Assembly (NCBI GenBank): GCA_017533565.1
Contig: JAFXHU010000018.1
Coordinates: 63,388 to 127,387 of the forward strand
Reading direction: 5' to 3'
Source: Clostridia bacterium
GTDB lineage: Bacteria; Bacillota; Clostridia; Oscillospirales; CAG-272
DNA: 64,000 nucleotides
Every line of letters starts with the position of its first letter. The first letter of the stretch is position 1. Both the position numbers and the translations under genes were made by a program. Of this stretch, positions 44,222-52,968 are shown piece by piece. The notes below the pieces were generated by a model. That model was not told the origin of the DNA. It did not search any database and saw only the letters and a list, made by a program, of their open reading frames with translations.

Positions 44222-44256
44222 ATATAAAGAAATTTATAACCTGAAAGGGATTACTT

Positions 44257-45777
44257 ATGAAAAAGTTGATTTGTCTTTTGCTTTGTGTCGTTATGCTCGG
44301 CGGATTGCTTGTCGGCTGTAAGAACGATGACATCGTGGGTAAAATTGACGAGGAGCTGAAAAAGCTCGAGGACAAGGTACCGACCAAGGTCGTAGAGGAG
44401 ATGGAATTTGATTTTTATATCATAGTGGGAGAGGGTACTACCGAAAACGCAAAGAAAACCGTTTCTCTTATGATAAATCAGCATCTTGAAAAGTTCAAGA
44501 CAACGCTTGATATTCATTATCTCACCGCCGCGGAGTATGAGGAAAAGGCAAAGGCGGATATCGCTCTCGATACCGATGACAAGGCGGATATCCTTCTCGT
44601 AACGAGCGCGGAGATGTTTGACTATCTCTACGAAAACCGTCTTGTGGCAAATCTCACCGATTACTACCACCCCACCGCTTCCGCGTATAGAAGCCTTAAT
44701 ACGCAGATTGCGGCTTCGCTTCTGTCGGCTGTAACCGTTCACGAGCTTGCCTATACCAACGACGGAACCGAATATATTGCGCAAAACAAATACTGCGTGC
44801 CCAACAACCGCATCGTCGGAAGCTACGACATCTTCCTTATGAGCGTAGAGGCGGCGGAGTATTACAATATCGGCTCGGAAACCTTCGACGCTCTCTCGCC
44901 CGAGGAGCTTGAGGATAGAATTTACGCAAAGGCTGACGTTGACCCGATGTATTCCCGCGAGGAATGCGTCACCTATACGAGCGGAAGCTATGCGGAGCTT
45001 ACCGAGTACATAAACAGCGGTAAATACTACGTAAAGTATTCCGTTCCCGAAATCACTCGCGAGGAAGCGTACGAGAGCGTTTTTGTAATCGCACGTCACA
45101 GCCTTGATAACCGTCACGTAAAGGGCTGGAAGGACACCACCGTGCAGTCGGATATCGATAAGTACACCGAGTATTACAACAGGTGTATGGAGATAATCTA
45201 TGAGATTAACACGAACACCGACCTTCGTAACCTTCTGCAGTACGGAAAGGTTAACACAAATTGCAAGCTTGACAGAGAAACCAATACGGTAAGTCATAAC
45301 GACATCGCGGAAAACGACGTTTACAATATGAATATCGAGTACACGGGCGACGTCTTTAAGGCGTACTACTGCGAGTGCGACGACATTCATATCTGGAGCG
45401 AGGAGATGGCTGCTTACGGCGAAATCCAGAACAAGGATGCCGTTCTCTCTCCCGAGGAATACGGGCTTTTGGTTATAGAGGGCGATATGCAGCTCATCGA
45501 CCTTAGAATGAAGGAGCAGCTTCCCGACGGCGACTCCACTCTTGTAGAGGCGGAGAAAACTCTCTCCTTCTACGGCACGGTTACCAATAAGCTTAGCACT
45601 GTTTGGACCGTAAACGGAGAGGTGATTGAAGGTTCTACCTACAAAATCGAGCCCGGCGAGCAGGAGCAAACGCTTACCTTCGTTCTTACCGTAACCTATA
45701 CCGACGGCGACACCGTTGTGAGCGCATCTGCCGATTATACGGTCACCGTTGCCGTTCTTAACTCGTCTGCGAATTGA
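44257..45777 (+). CDS. hypothetical lipoprotein (506 aa)
   Basis: Signal peptide with lipobox MKKLICLLLCVVMLGGLLVGC. The mature part is acidic and Tyr/Thr-rich. I recognise no family. Confidence 0.7.
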   Translation: MKKLICLLLCVVMLGGLLVGCKNDDIVGKIDEELKKLEDKVPTKVVEEMEFDFYIIVGEGTTENAKKTVSLMINQHLEKFKTTLDIHYLTAAEYEEKAKADIALDTDDKADILLVTSAEMFDYLYENRLVANLTDYYHPTASAYRSLNTQIAASLLSAVTVHELAYTNDGTEYIAQNKYCVPNNRIVGSYDIFLMSVEAAEYYNIGSETFDALSPEELEDRIYAKADVDPMYSREECVTYTSGSYAELTEYINSGKYYVKYSVPEITREEAYESVFVIARHSLDNRHVKGWKDTTVQSDIDKYTEYYNRCMEIIYEINTNTDLRNLLQYGKVNTNCKLDRETNTVSHNDIAENDVYNMNIEYTGDVFKAYYCECDDIHIWSEEMAAYGEIQNKDAVLSPEEYGLLVIEGDMQLIDLRMKEQLPDGDSTLVEAEKTLSFYGTVTNKLSTVWTVNGEVIEGSTYKIEPGEQEQTLTFVLTVTYTDGDTVVSASADYTVTVAVLNSSAN

Positions 45778-45790
45778 TTTGACCGCCTTG

Positions 45791-45825
45791 ATACGGGGGC
45801 CACTCGGTCCCCGTATTTACGTTTA
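45791..45825 (+). terminator. weak terminator-like hairpin after the lipoprotein gene
   Basis: ATACGGGG (45791-45798) pairs with CCCCGTAT (45809-45816). The following T run is interrupted (TTACGTTT). Confidence 0.45.
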
Positions 45826-45875
45826 AATTTATTATAGTGCGCCGCCGTGTGCGCGCGTTGTTATGAGAGGAAAAA

Positions 45876-46601
45876 ATGAAAAAGACTAAAGAAGAATTTA
45901 ACATCAGGGATATCGTTTCGATTTTCCTGCCAAAGCTTTGGATTATCGTTTCGGTAGCCCTCGTCTTGGCGCTTTTGCTCGGATTTTATTCCGCGTTTTT
46001 AAAGACGGACACCTATTCGTCCACCGCAACGATGCTTGTTTCCAACGATGCGACGAGCCTTAACAACTCTGTTCTCGACGTATCCACCGAAATGGTAAAG
46101 CGTTGCGAAATCATTATCTTCAGCGACGAGTTTTTGCAAAAGATTATCACCGACGTAAAGGCGGATGAAAATTACAGCTCGGAGTGGAGGCTTTCGGTTT
46201 CCTTCGTTAAAGGCGTGCTTTCTATGAAGCAGCGCGGCGATACCGAGTTCTTCGACATCACCGTTACCACCGAGGATAGCGTGCTTTCCTATACTATCGT
46301 AAATGCGGTTGCAAAGAGAATAGAATCCGACCTTCCCGAGCTTCTTCCTTACGATTCAAAGTATATCAGAACGGGAACGGTTAATCACGCCGTGCCCGCA
46401 TTGAACCCCGATAGCAAGCATACCGTTCGTAATTCGGTTATCGGCTTTGCCGCGGGAGCGATTCTTTCTATGGTTGCCGTATTCGTATGCACGATGTTCG
46501 ACGTTACCATACGCGACAAGAAAAAGATTGAGGATAACTTCGATATCCCCGTGCTTGGCGTAATTCCTAAATTTGAAGTAGAGGAGGGCAATGACAAGTG
46601 A
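45876..46601 (+). CDS. Wzz/CpsC/YwqC-type transmembrane modulator of a BY-kinase
   Basis: Two TM helices flank an extracytoplasmic domain (the polysaccharide co-polymerase 2b layout). The gene directly precedes, and overlaps, the kinase gene. Confidence 0.75.
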   Translation: MKKTKEEFNIRDIVSIFLPKLWIIVSVALVLALLLGFYSAFLKTDTYSSTATMLVSNDATSLNNSVLDVSTEMVKRCEIIIFSDEFLQKIITDVKADENYSSEWRLSVSFVKGVLSMKQRGDTEFFDITVTTEDSVLSYTIVNAVAKRIESDLPELLPYDSKYIRTGTVNHAVPALNPDSKHTVRNSVIGFAAGAILSMVAVFVCTMFDVTIRDKKKIEDNFDIPVLGVIPKFEVEEGNDK

Positions 46602-47398
46602 AGCTCTTCAGCCTTAAAAGAAAAGCCTCGTATCACAGCGACTCTGCAATAGATTCGCTCCGTATTCTCAGCGATACGACCCCGTTTGCGGTAAAGGAGG
46701 CGTACAGATCTCTTTACTCCAACGTGCTTTACCTTCCCATTGAATCAAGGTGCAAAAAAATCGCCGTTACAAGCGCATATCCCGGAGAGGGTAAAACCTC
46801 TATTTCCATAAATCTCGCATACTCCATTGCGGAAAACTCACCCGAATCCACCGTGCTTATCGTTGACTCGGATATGAGAAGCCCGAGAGTTGCGGAGCTT
46901 ATTAATAAGGAAAATCACGGTGTTCACGGTCTTTCGGAGTATCTTGCGGGCATTGACGCAGTTCCTAACTTCCAGCCTACCGTTCACCCCAATCTTTCCT
47001 TCCTTTCCTCGGGAGCGACAAACGCTAACACCCCCGGTCTGCTTTCAGGCTCGAGAATGGAGGCGTTTATTCAGCTCATCGACGAGAGCTTTGATTACGT
47101 TATCTTCGACACTCCGCCCGTTAACGTGGTTGCCGACGCCGTTCTTCTTGCAGACAGGATTGACGGCTATCTCGTTGCAACCCGCGCCGACTTCTCGGAC
47201 ACCAATTCCTTTGGCGAGGCTGTAAAGAAGCTCGAAACCGCGGGAGCAAAGGTGTTTGGCGTCGTTCTTTGCGCGTATAATGCAAAGAGCGGAAAGGGCT
47301 ACGGTAAATCCGGAAGATACGGAAGGTACGGAAAATACGGAAAATACGGAAAGTACGGCTCGTATTACGGAGGCTCGGATTCGGGCAACGGTAATTAA
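46598..47398 (+). CDS. CpsD/CapB/YwqD-type bacterial tyrosine (BY) kinase
   Basis: Walker A (PGEGKTS), A' (LIVDSDMRSP) and B (VIFDTPP). The C-terminal Tyr cluster is GYGKSGRYGRYGKYGKYGKYGSYYGG. Confidence 0.88.
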   Translation: MKLFSLKRKASYHSDSAIDSLRILSDTTPFAVKEAYRSLYSNVLYLPIESRCKKIAVTSAYPGEGKTSISINLAYSIAENSPESTVLIVDSDMRSPRVAELINKENHGVHGLSEYLAGIDAVPNFQPTVHPNLSFLSSGATNANTPGLLSGSRMEAFIQLIDESFDYVIFDTPPVNVVADAVLLADRIDGYLVATRADFSDTNSFGEAVKKLETAGAKVFGVVLCAYNAKSGKGYGKSGRYGRYGKYGKYGKYGSYYGGSDSGNGN

Positions 47399-47425
47399 CC
47401 GAAGTGCGCCGTTAATATAGGGAAA

Positions 47426-48118
47426 ATGATTGATTTAATTGATTTTCATTCTCACGTTTTACCGCGTGCGGACCACGGCTCTGCCTCCGTTAATACCTCG
47501 CTTTCCCAGTTGTCTATGGCAAGGCTGGCGGGAGTTTCCCGCGTTTTCGCTACTCCGCATTTTTATCCCGCGGAGCAGGACGTTTCCCGCTTTCTCGCCC
47601 GCAGACAAGGCTCGTACGCCAATCTTTTAAAGGAGCTTGACGACTCCTTTCCGAAAATAGCTCTCGGCGCGGAGGTGCTGATTTGCGATAACATAGAGGC
47701 GCTTCCCGGAATAAGAGAGCTGTGCATCGAGGGGACGGACACGCTCCTGCTTGAGCTGCCCTTTAACGATTTTGATAAAAGGTACAGGACGTCGGTTGCC
47801 GCACTTATTAAGCAGGGGATTAACGTTGTCCTCGCTCACGCGGACAGGTACGATAGGGCGAATATAGATTCACTCCTGTCGGTTGGTGCGAAAATTCAGC
47901 TTAACGCAAATTCTCTTTCGGGACTTTTTGTTAAAAAGCATCTTTACGAATGGATTGACGCGGGACTCGTCGTCGGTCTTGGAAGCGATATTCACGGCGC
48001 CGACAAGCGCGCGTATAAATGCTTTTCGTCCGCAATCCGTAAAATGGGTGAAAAAAGAGCAGAAAAAATTATGACTGCAACGATGGAAATTTTTTCGGTT
48101 GCAGCCGATACAAAATAA
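47426..48118 (+). CDS. PHP-family protein-tyrosine phosphatase (CpsB/YwqE type)
   Basis: N-terminus DFHSHVLPRADHG plus later His/Asp motifs (ATPHF, LAHADRY, GSDIHG). Confidence 0.85.
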   Translation: MIDLIDFHSHVLPRADHGSASVNTSLSQLSMARLAGVSRVFATPHFYPAEQDVSRFLARRQGSYANLLKELDDSFPKIALGAEVLICDNIEALPGIRELCIEGTDTLLLELPFNDFDKRYRTSVAALIKQGINVVLAHADRYDRANIDSLLSVGAKIQLNANSLSGLFVKKHLYEWIDAGLVVGLGSDIHGADKRAYKCFSSAIRKMGEKRAEKIMTATMEIFSVAADTK

Positions 48119-48120
48119 GA

Positions 48121-48150
48121 AAAAAGCACCGAGGTCGGTGCTTTTTTCTG
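48121..48150 (+). terminator. rho-independent terminator after the phosphatase gene
   Basis: AAGCACCG pairs with CGGTGCTT (48124-48043 region hand-counted; core GCACCG 48126-48131 with CGGTGC 48136-48141). It is followed by TTTTTT. Confidence 0.8.
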
Positions 48151-48178
48151 TATAAATTTCCGCTTTTGTTAGAAACTA
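48150..48178 (+). promoter_or_regulatory. forespore-type (sigma-G/F-like) promoter candidate for spoVT
   Basis: GTATA (48150-48154), a 17-nt spacer, then GAAACTA (48172-48178). The sigma-G pattern as I recall it is GHATR-17/18-CAHWHTA, which gives one mismatch. Confidence 0.35.
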
Positions 48179-48207
48179 TATTTGACTAAACGTCAAAGGA
48201 GAAAAAA

Positions 48208-48762
48208 ATGAAAGCTACAGGAATTGTAAGAAGAATAGACGACCTCGGTCGTATCGTTATACCGAAAGAAATAAGACGCACCTTGAGAATAAAGGAGGGC
48301 GACCCTCTTGAAATTTACACGGACAGAGAGGGGGAGGTAATCTTCAAAAAATATTCTCCCATAGGGGAGCTGCAGGCGTTTGCCGCCGAATATGCGGACA
48401 CCCTGCAAAAAACCTCGTCGATGCCGATTTTTATCTGTGACAGAGATGAAATCATTGCGGTTTCGGGAGCGTCCAAAAAGGAATATCTTGACAGAAGGAT
48501 TTCAAAGGGGCTGGAGGAAATCGTTGAGTCGCGCTCACTTTACGTGCGCTCAAGCGGCAAGGAGGCGGTTGCGGTTACCAACGACGGCGGCTCGCATTAC
48601 GTCAACTGTGCAATGCCTATTTTGAGCGAGGGCGACGTAATCGGCTGCGTTGTAAGCGCGCATCAATTCGACGCGCCAAGCACGGGCAGAATTTCGGAGG
48701 AAACCGAAACGAAGCTTATTCAAACCGCGGGAATGTTTCTTGGAAGACAGATGGAAAGCTGA
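48208..48762 (+). CDS. spoVT: stage V sporulation regulator SpoVT (AbrB-type N-domain + GAF-like domain)
   Basis: MKATGIVRRIDDLGRIVIPKEIRRTLRIKEGDPLEIY is near-identical in pattern to Bacillus SpoVT. At 184 aa it has the extra C-terminal domain that distinguishes it from AbrB. Confidence 0.9.
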   Translation: MKATGIVRRIDDLGRIVIPKEIRRTLRIKEGDPLEIYTDREGEVIFKKYSPIGELQAFAAEYADTLQKTSSMPIFICDRDEIIAVSGASKKEYLDRRISKGLEEIVESRSLYVRSSGKEAVAVTNDGGSHYVNCAMPILSEGDVIGCVVSAHQFDAPSTGRISEETETKLIQTAGMFLGRQMES

Positions 48763-48764
48763 TT

Positions 48765-48792
48765 AAAAGGGGTTGCGTTTGCAACCCCTTTT
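48765..48792. terminator. bidirectional terminator between convergent spoVT and the DUF3048-like gene
   Basis: AAAA, GGGGTTGC (48769-48776), loop GTTT, GCAACCCC (48781-48788), TTTT. Confidence 0.85.
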
Positions 48793-49891
48793 AATTATAG
48801 GATAAAAAATCCCTTCGCGATGATTTTTCAAAAGCAACGTAGGAGGTGCCTACGTTAACCGATAAAACGCCTCCATGCTCGTTGAAAAAAACGAGATTTC
48901 CAAGCTCGTCGGTTGCCCAGCTTATCTTAATTGCAGTCCCGCGTGTAAAATAGTAGCCGCTGCCACCGCCTACGGTATCGAGAATTGTTTCCGTAGCCTC
49001 CGCGGTTTCGTGCGTCAGTGCATCCGCAAACAAAACGAATACGTTATCGTAGGTGCATAGCCTGTCGTTAAGCAAATCTCTTACGGGATTTGCCCCCTTG
49101 TATAACGTATATTTGCCCTCGCTTGCGCTGTAAATAAGCTGACTTCCGTTTGAATCCGAGTAGGGAATTATAACCGAAAGTGCGGCCTCGCTTCCGCGGA
49201 TTTCGGTATCCGAATGTATAAACGGAGCCTTCACCGTGTCACCGAGCAGTCGGCTTTGCCCGCTGTTTTTAATCAGCGCCTCTACAAGGTCGGAGTTGGT
49301 GTAGTGAAATTCCGTATATTCTGTGTATGAATATCCGCCGCTTTCGATAATATCAAGGTATTCAAGCTCGGTATCCGAGTATTCAAAGCTATCGTCGCCT
49401 CCGCGGGCTATGAGCATTGAGCCGAGTGCCTTGTTAATTGCGCTTATATAATCGCGTGTTGGCGCGATTGAGCCGATTTTACCAAGGTATGTACCTCGTG
49501 AAAAAAGAGAAAGATATCTCGTTTGACCGCCCTCGGTGGGGATTTCAACGGTTAAAAACGCATTTGAAATTCCGTATAGTGGTGAGTCGGAAGAATAAAT
49601 AAAGGATATGGGAGCGTTTCCCGACTCGCTCGGAGAAATCGTATATCCCGTCAAATAATGCTTTACGGTAGGCTCGGGATTTGTAATCTCTCCCTGACTG
49701 TTCGATCCGTCTGTATTTTCATCGACCTCACCGCTTGACGGAGCGCCCGCCGCGGCATCGTCGCTATTTGGCTCGTTTTCAACAAATGATTGCCAACCGC
49801 TTGTTGCAAAGCTCGCGGTGCAGGTAAGTACTGCGGCAATCACAAAAAAGGCAACCAACCGTAAAAGGCTGCCACCCTTTGCAAGTTTCAT
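48791..49891 (-). CDS. secreted or membrane-anchored DUF3048 (YerB-like) protein
   Basis: N-terminal signal/anchor followed by a low-complexity linker. LTGYTIS...PISFIYSS...TVEIPTEGGQTRYLSLFS matches the YerB-family pattern LTG...EGGITRFLAIF. Confidence 0.6.
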   Translation of the reverse strand: MKLAKGGSLLRLVAFFVIAAVLTCTASFATSGWQSFVENEPNSDDAAAGAPSSGEVDENTDGSNSQGEITNPEPTVKHYLTGYTISPSESGNAPISFIYSSDSPLYGISNAFLTVEIPTEGGQTRYLSLFSRGTYLGKIGSIAPTRDYISAINKALGSMLIARGGDDSFEYSDTELEYLDIIESGGYSYTEYTEFHYTNSDLVEALIKNSGQSRLLGDTVKAPFIHSDTEIRGSEAALSVIIPYSDSNGSQLIYSASEGKYTLYKGANPVRDLLNDRLCTYDNVFVLFADALTHETAEATETILDTVGGGSGYYFTRGTAIKISWATDELGNLVFFNEHGGVLSVNVGTSYVAFEKSSRRDFLSYN

Positions 49892-49942
49892 TTTTTACCT
49901 CCTTATGCACGCGTCGGTGCATACGTTTTAGAATAGAGCGCC

Positions 49943-50227
49943 TTACTTGTTGTAGCGCTCCAACCACGCGTCAGCGTAGTCAAATGCGACCTTAAGACCG
50001 ACAACGATTTTCTGCTCCTTCGGGCTGCCCGTGGAGCTTTCGCGGAGCTGTACCATTACCTTTTCGGGAATGCTTCCGTTTTCTCCGTCCTTTTCGGTCA
50101 TAATCATCATATAAATGTAGAACTTATCCGACATATCGCCGTAGATAATTTCGTTATCCTGTCTTACAAGAGGCTTGCCCTTGTATTCAAGATATTCGTT
50201 TTCGTTAACGCCCTTTGCGTCAAGCAT
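49943..50227 (-). CDS. hypothetical small soluble protein (94 aa)
   Basis: AAAGGAGAA lies 6 nt upstream of ATG 50227 (MLDAKGVNENEY...). I recognise no family. Confidence 0.55.
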   Translation of the reverse strand: MLDAKGVNENEYLEYKGKPLVRQDNEIIYGDMSDKFYIYMMIMTEKDGENGSIPEKVMVQLRESSTGSPKEQKIVVGLKVAFDYADAWLERYNK

Positions 50228-50284
50228 AGTGATTTCTCCTTTCTGTTTTTTTGAGAGCGACGGCGCTTGTCCGCTTCGCATATA

Positions 50285-50325
50285 TAATAACAAATCTTTT
50301 TCTGCCTGTAAATAACTTTGACAAA
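50285..50325 (-). promoter_or_regulatory. promoter candidate with an upstream 0A-box-like element
   Basis: On the minus strand: TTTGTCAAA (complement of 50317-50325), then TTTACA (50307-50312), a 16-nt spacer, then TATTAT (50285-50290). Confidence 0.35.
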
Positions 50326-50353
50326 AGACGACTTTGTTAATAATACGCGAAAT

Positions 50354-51571
50354 TCAATCCTTTTTGACAAACGGCGTGTAGGTAAGCGAATATGCACCGC
50401 TTACAGGCCTTGGTCGGGTGAGGTGGAAAATTGAATCCGCCCTGTCCGAAAGAGCCTTTTGTCCCCTTGCGGTATCCGAAAGACCGAAGGTATCGGTCGG
50501 CTTCGTCAGTACCGAAATTCGGGATTGCTCTCTGATTTCTTTAAGACAGGCTCGCCCAATTCCGTCGAGCGCGAGAATCTGCGTATATTCGGGAAGCGTC
50601 CTTACGTCGGAGGAGGTAACGCCGAAGAAGGAGCACCATACAGCACGCAAAATTCTCGCATTGGTAAATTTTTTCGTTTCGGAAAGGCGCACCAATGCAC
50701 TAATGTTATCTGCCTCAAGGCTCGCGCTCTTGAGACGGTTATATAAACCGCCCTTTGCATCGTGAAAATTTTCACCTGCATCGGAGGGGCTTAATCTGAA
50801 AAATGATAATACCGCGGGAGCAAGCCTTTCCATATCGCACGGAAACGCTCCCCGCCTTATAGCGTCGAGGACAACGGGCTTTGCCTCGTCGGGAATATAT
50901 TCAAGCACCGAAATGTTACCCGAAAGAAGCTCCTTTCGTATAGCGGAGGCGCTTTGAAGGCTGCCCGCAACCACTTCGTCCTCGTTAAAGGCAGCACCCT
51001 CGCGAAGGACCGTGTGCGGCTTTATTTTGCTGTTAAACGATTTTAACGCCTTAATATATTCGATAGCTAAAATATTGTTTGGCGTAAGCGTGATGCCGTT
51101 TTTTTCTCCGTAGAGCCTGTTAAATGCAATCTCGCATACGCAAGGATAGCCGAGCGCGGCATTTTCGGGACGGTCAAGCAGCTCCGCGACAAGCTCCTCG
51201 TATTCATCACTTGCGGTGAGGGTCGCATATTCGGTCAAGGCGGAAATATCTCCGCTTTCGCTTCCGAAGGAGATAAGGTCAACAATACCGATTGAATCGG
51301 CGATGCTGACACCCGCGCGGGCAAAAAGCTCCGCAGAGGAGGCAGAGTAGGGGAAGGGAAGCTCAAGCACGAGATTTACGCCGCACTCTACCGCGGCACG
51401 CGCCCTGTCACCCTTGTCCATAACGGCGCTTTCGCCCCGTTGTGTAAAGCCGCCCGACATAATGGCAATAATCCTCGTATCCTCGCCAAGCTCGCGCCTG
51501 ATTTGGTCGATATGATGCTTATGCCCGTTGTGGAAGGGATTGTATTCGCAAATAATAGCAACCGTTTTCAT
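50354..51571 (-). CDS. tmcAL: tRNA(Met) cytidine acetate ligase TmcAL (YlbM/UPF0348 family nucleotidyltransferase)
   Basis: The N-terminus IICEYNPFHNGHKHHI...IMSGGFTQRGE matches YlbM closely. Confidence 0.85.
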   Translation of the reverse strand: MKTVAIICEYNPFHNGHKHHIDQIRRELGEDTRIIAIMSGGFTQRGESAVMDKGDRARAAVECGVNLVLELPFPYSASSAELFARAGVSIADSIGIVDLISFGSESGDISALTEYATLTASDEYEELVAELLDRPENAALGYPCVCEIAFNRLYGEKNGITLTPNNILAIEYIKALKSFNSKIKPHTVLREGAAFNEDEVVAGSLQSASAIRKELLSGNISVLEYIPDEAKPVVLDAIRRGAFPCDMERLAPAVLSFFRLSPSDAGENFHDAKGGLYNRLKSASLEADNISALVRLSETKKFTNARILRAVWCSFFGVTSSDVRTLPEYTQILALDGIGRACLKEIREQSRISVLTKPTDTFGLSDTARGQKALSDRADSIFHLTRPRPVSGAYSLTYTPFVKKD

Positions 51572-51599
51572 TTATCCCTCCCAAATTTTGTAAATTTAC

Positions 51600-51628
51600 T
51601 TGATATTCCTTGAAAATAGTTGTATAAT
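51600..51628 (+). promoter_or_regulatory. sigma-A promoter of ackA
   Basis: TTGATA (51600-51605), a 17-nt spacer, then TATAAT (51623-51628). Confidence 0.65.
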
Positions 51629-51663
51629 AATCCTTGCAATGAAAAAATCAAAGGAGTACTATT

Positions 51664-52875
51664 ATGAAGGTATTGGTTGTAAACGCAGGCTCGTCCTCGT
51701 TAAAGTATCAGCTTTTTGATACTGAAAGCGAAAACGTGCTTGCAAAGGGTAACTGCGAGCGTATCGGAATCGACGGCTCCCGACTTATCCACAAAACGTC
51801 GGGAAAGGACGAATATATAAAGGAAACTCCCTTGCCCGATCATTCCGCCGCAACGAGGCTCGTTGTTGAAACGCTTCTTGACAGCGAGGTTGGATGCATC
51901 TCGTCCGTGGAGGAAATCGAGGCTATCGGTCACCGCGTTGTTCACGGCGGCGCATATTTCAGTCAGTCGATGCTCGCAAGCGACGAGGTTATGGAGATTC
52001 TCAACAAATGCGTTGCTTACGCACCGCTTCACACCCCCGCGGCTATTATGGGTATAAAGGGCTGTACCGCCGTAATGCCCGATCTTCCGCAGGTGCTTGT
52101 TTTCGATACCGCCTTCCACCAAACGATGGAGGAGAGCGCATATATGTACGCGATTTCCTACGATATGTACGAAAAGTATCAAATTCGCCGCTACGGTGCG
52201 CACGGCACCTCACACAGATACGTTAGCGCGGAAATGATAAAGCTTCTCGGAGGCAAAGCGGAGGGAACAAGGATTGTCACCTGTCACATCGGCAACGGCT
52301 CCTCTATCAGCGCGGTAAAGGACGGCAAATGCGTCGATACCTCTATGGGCTTTACACCGCTTGACGGTATTCTTATGGGTACTCGCAGCGGAGCTATCGA
52401 CCCCGCAATAGTTACCTACCTTATGGAAAACGAAAATATGAGCGCAAAGGAAGCCGAAAGCTATTTGAACAAGCAGTGCGGCTTTGCGGGTATAAGCGGC
52501 GTAGGCTCGGACTCCCGCGATATCGAGAAGGCGATGAAGGCGGGCAACAAGCGTGCGAAGCTCGCATACGATATGCTTTGCTACCAGATAAAGAAATATA
52601 TCGGTGCATACTCTGCCGCAATGGGCGGACTTGACGCCATCGTATTTACCGCGGGAATCGGCGAGCATTCTCCCTATATTCGCGAAAATTCTCTCTCGGG
52701 TCTTGAATATCTCGGCGTAAGGCTTGATACCGAGCGCAACACCTTCGGACACAGCGGCACTCCCGTGGAGATTTCCGCATCCAATTCCGCAGTAAAGGTA
52801 TTTATGATACCCACAAACGAGGAGCTTGTTATCGCAAAGGATACCGAAGCAATCGTTTTGAATATGAAAAAATAA
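51664..52875 (+). CDS. ackA: acetate kinase
   Basis: MKVLVVNAGSSSLKYQLF start, plus HRVVHGG and HIGNGSSI. Confidence 0.97.
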   Translation: MKVLVVNAGSSSLKYQLFDTESENVLAKGNCERIGIDGSRLIHKTSGKDEYIKETPLPDHSAATRLVVETLLDSEVGCISSVEEIEAIGHRVVHGGAYFSQSMLASDEVMEILNKCVAYAPLHTPAAIMGIKGCTAVMPDLPQVLVFDTAFHQTMEESAYMYAISYDMYEKYQIRRYGAHGTSHRYVSAEMIKLLGGKAEGTRIVTCHIGNGSSISAVKDGKCVDTSMGFTPLDGILMGTRSGAIDPAIVTYLMENENMSAKEAESYLNKQCGFAGISGVGSDSRDIEKAMKAGNKRAKLAYDMLCYQIKKYIGAYSAAMGGLDAIVFTAGIGEHSPYIRENSLSGLEYLGVRLDTERNTFGHSGTPVEISASNSAVKVFMIPTNEELVIAKDTEAIVLNMKK

Positions 52876-52886
52876 GCTTGCTTTTG

Positions 52887-52920
52887 GGGCTGTCGCAAGG
52901 AGTGCGACAGCCCTCTTTTT
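52887..52920 (+). terminator. rho-independent terminator after ackA
   Basis: GGGCTGTCGCA (52887-52897) pairs with TGCGACAGCCC (52903-52913). It is followed by TCTTTTT. Confidence 0.85.
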
Positions 52921-52968
52921 CTATAATACCATAAATAAATATTTATGTCAATAAATGTATAAAATTTA

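Noticed and set aside
44251-45669. A 472-aa ORF on the minus strand, antisense to the lipoprotein gene.
   Set aside because: This is a shadow ORF. It has no RBS and a Val/Leu/Arg-rich composition typical of the complement of an Asp/Glu/Tyr/Thr-rich gene. The + strand product has a clean signal peptide, lipobox, RBS and promoter.
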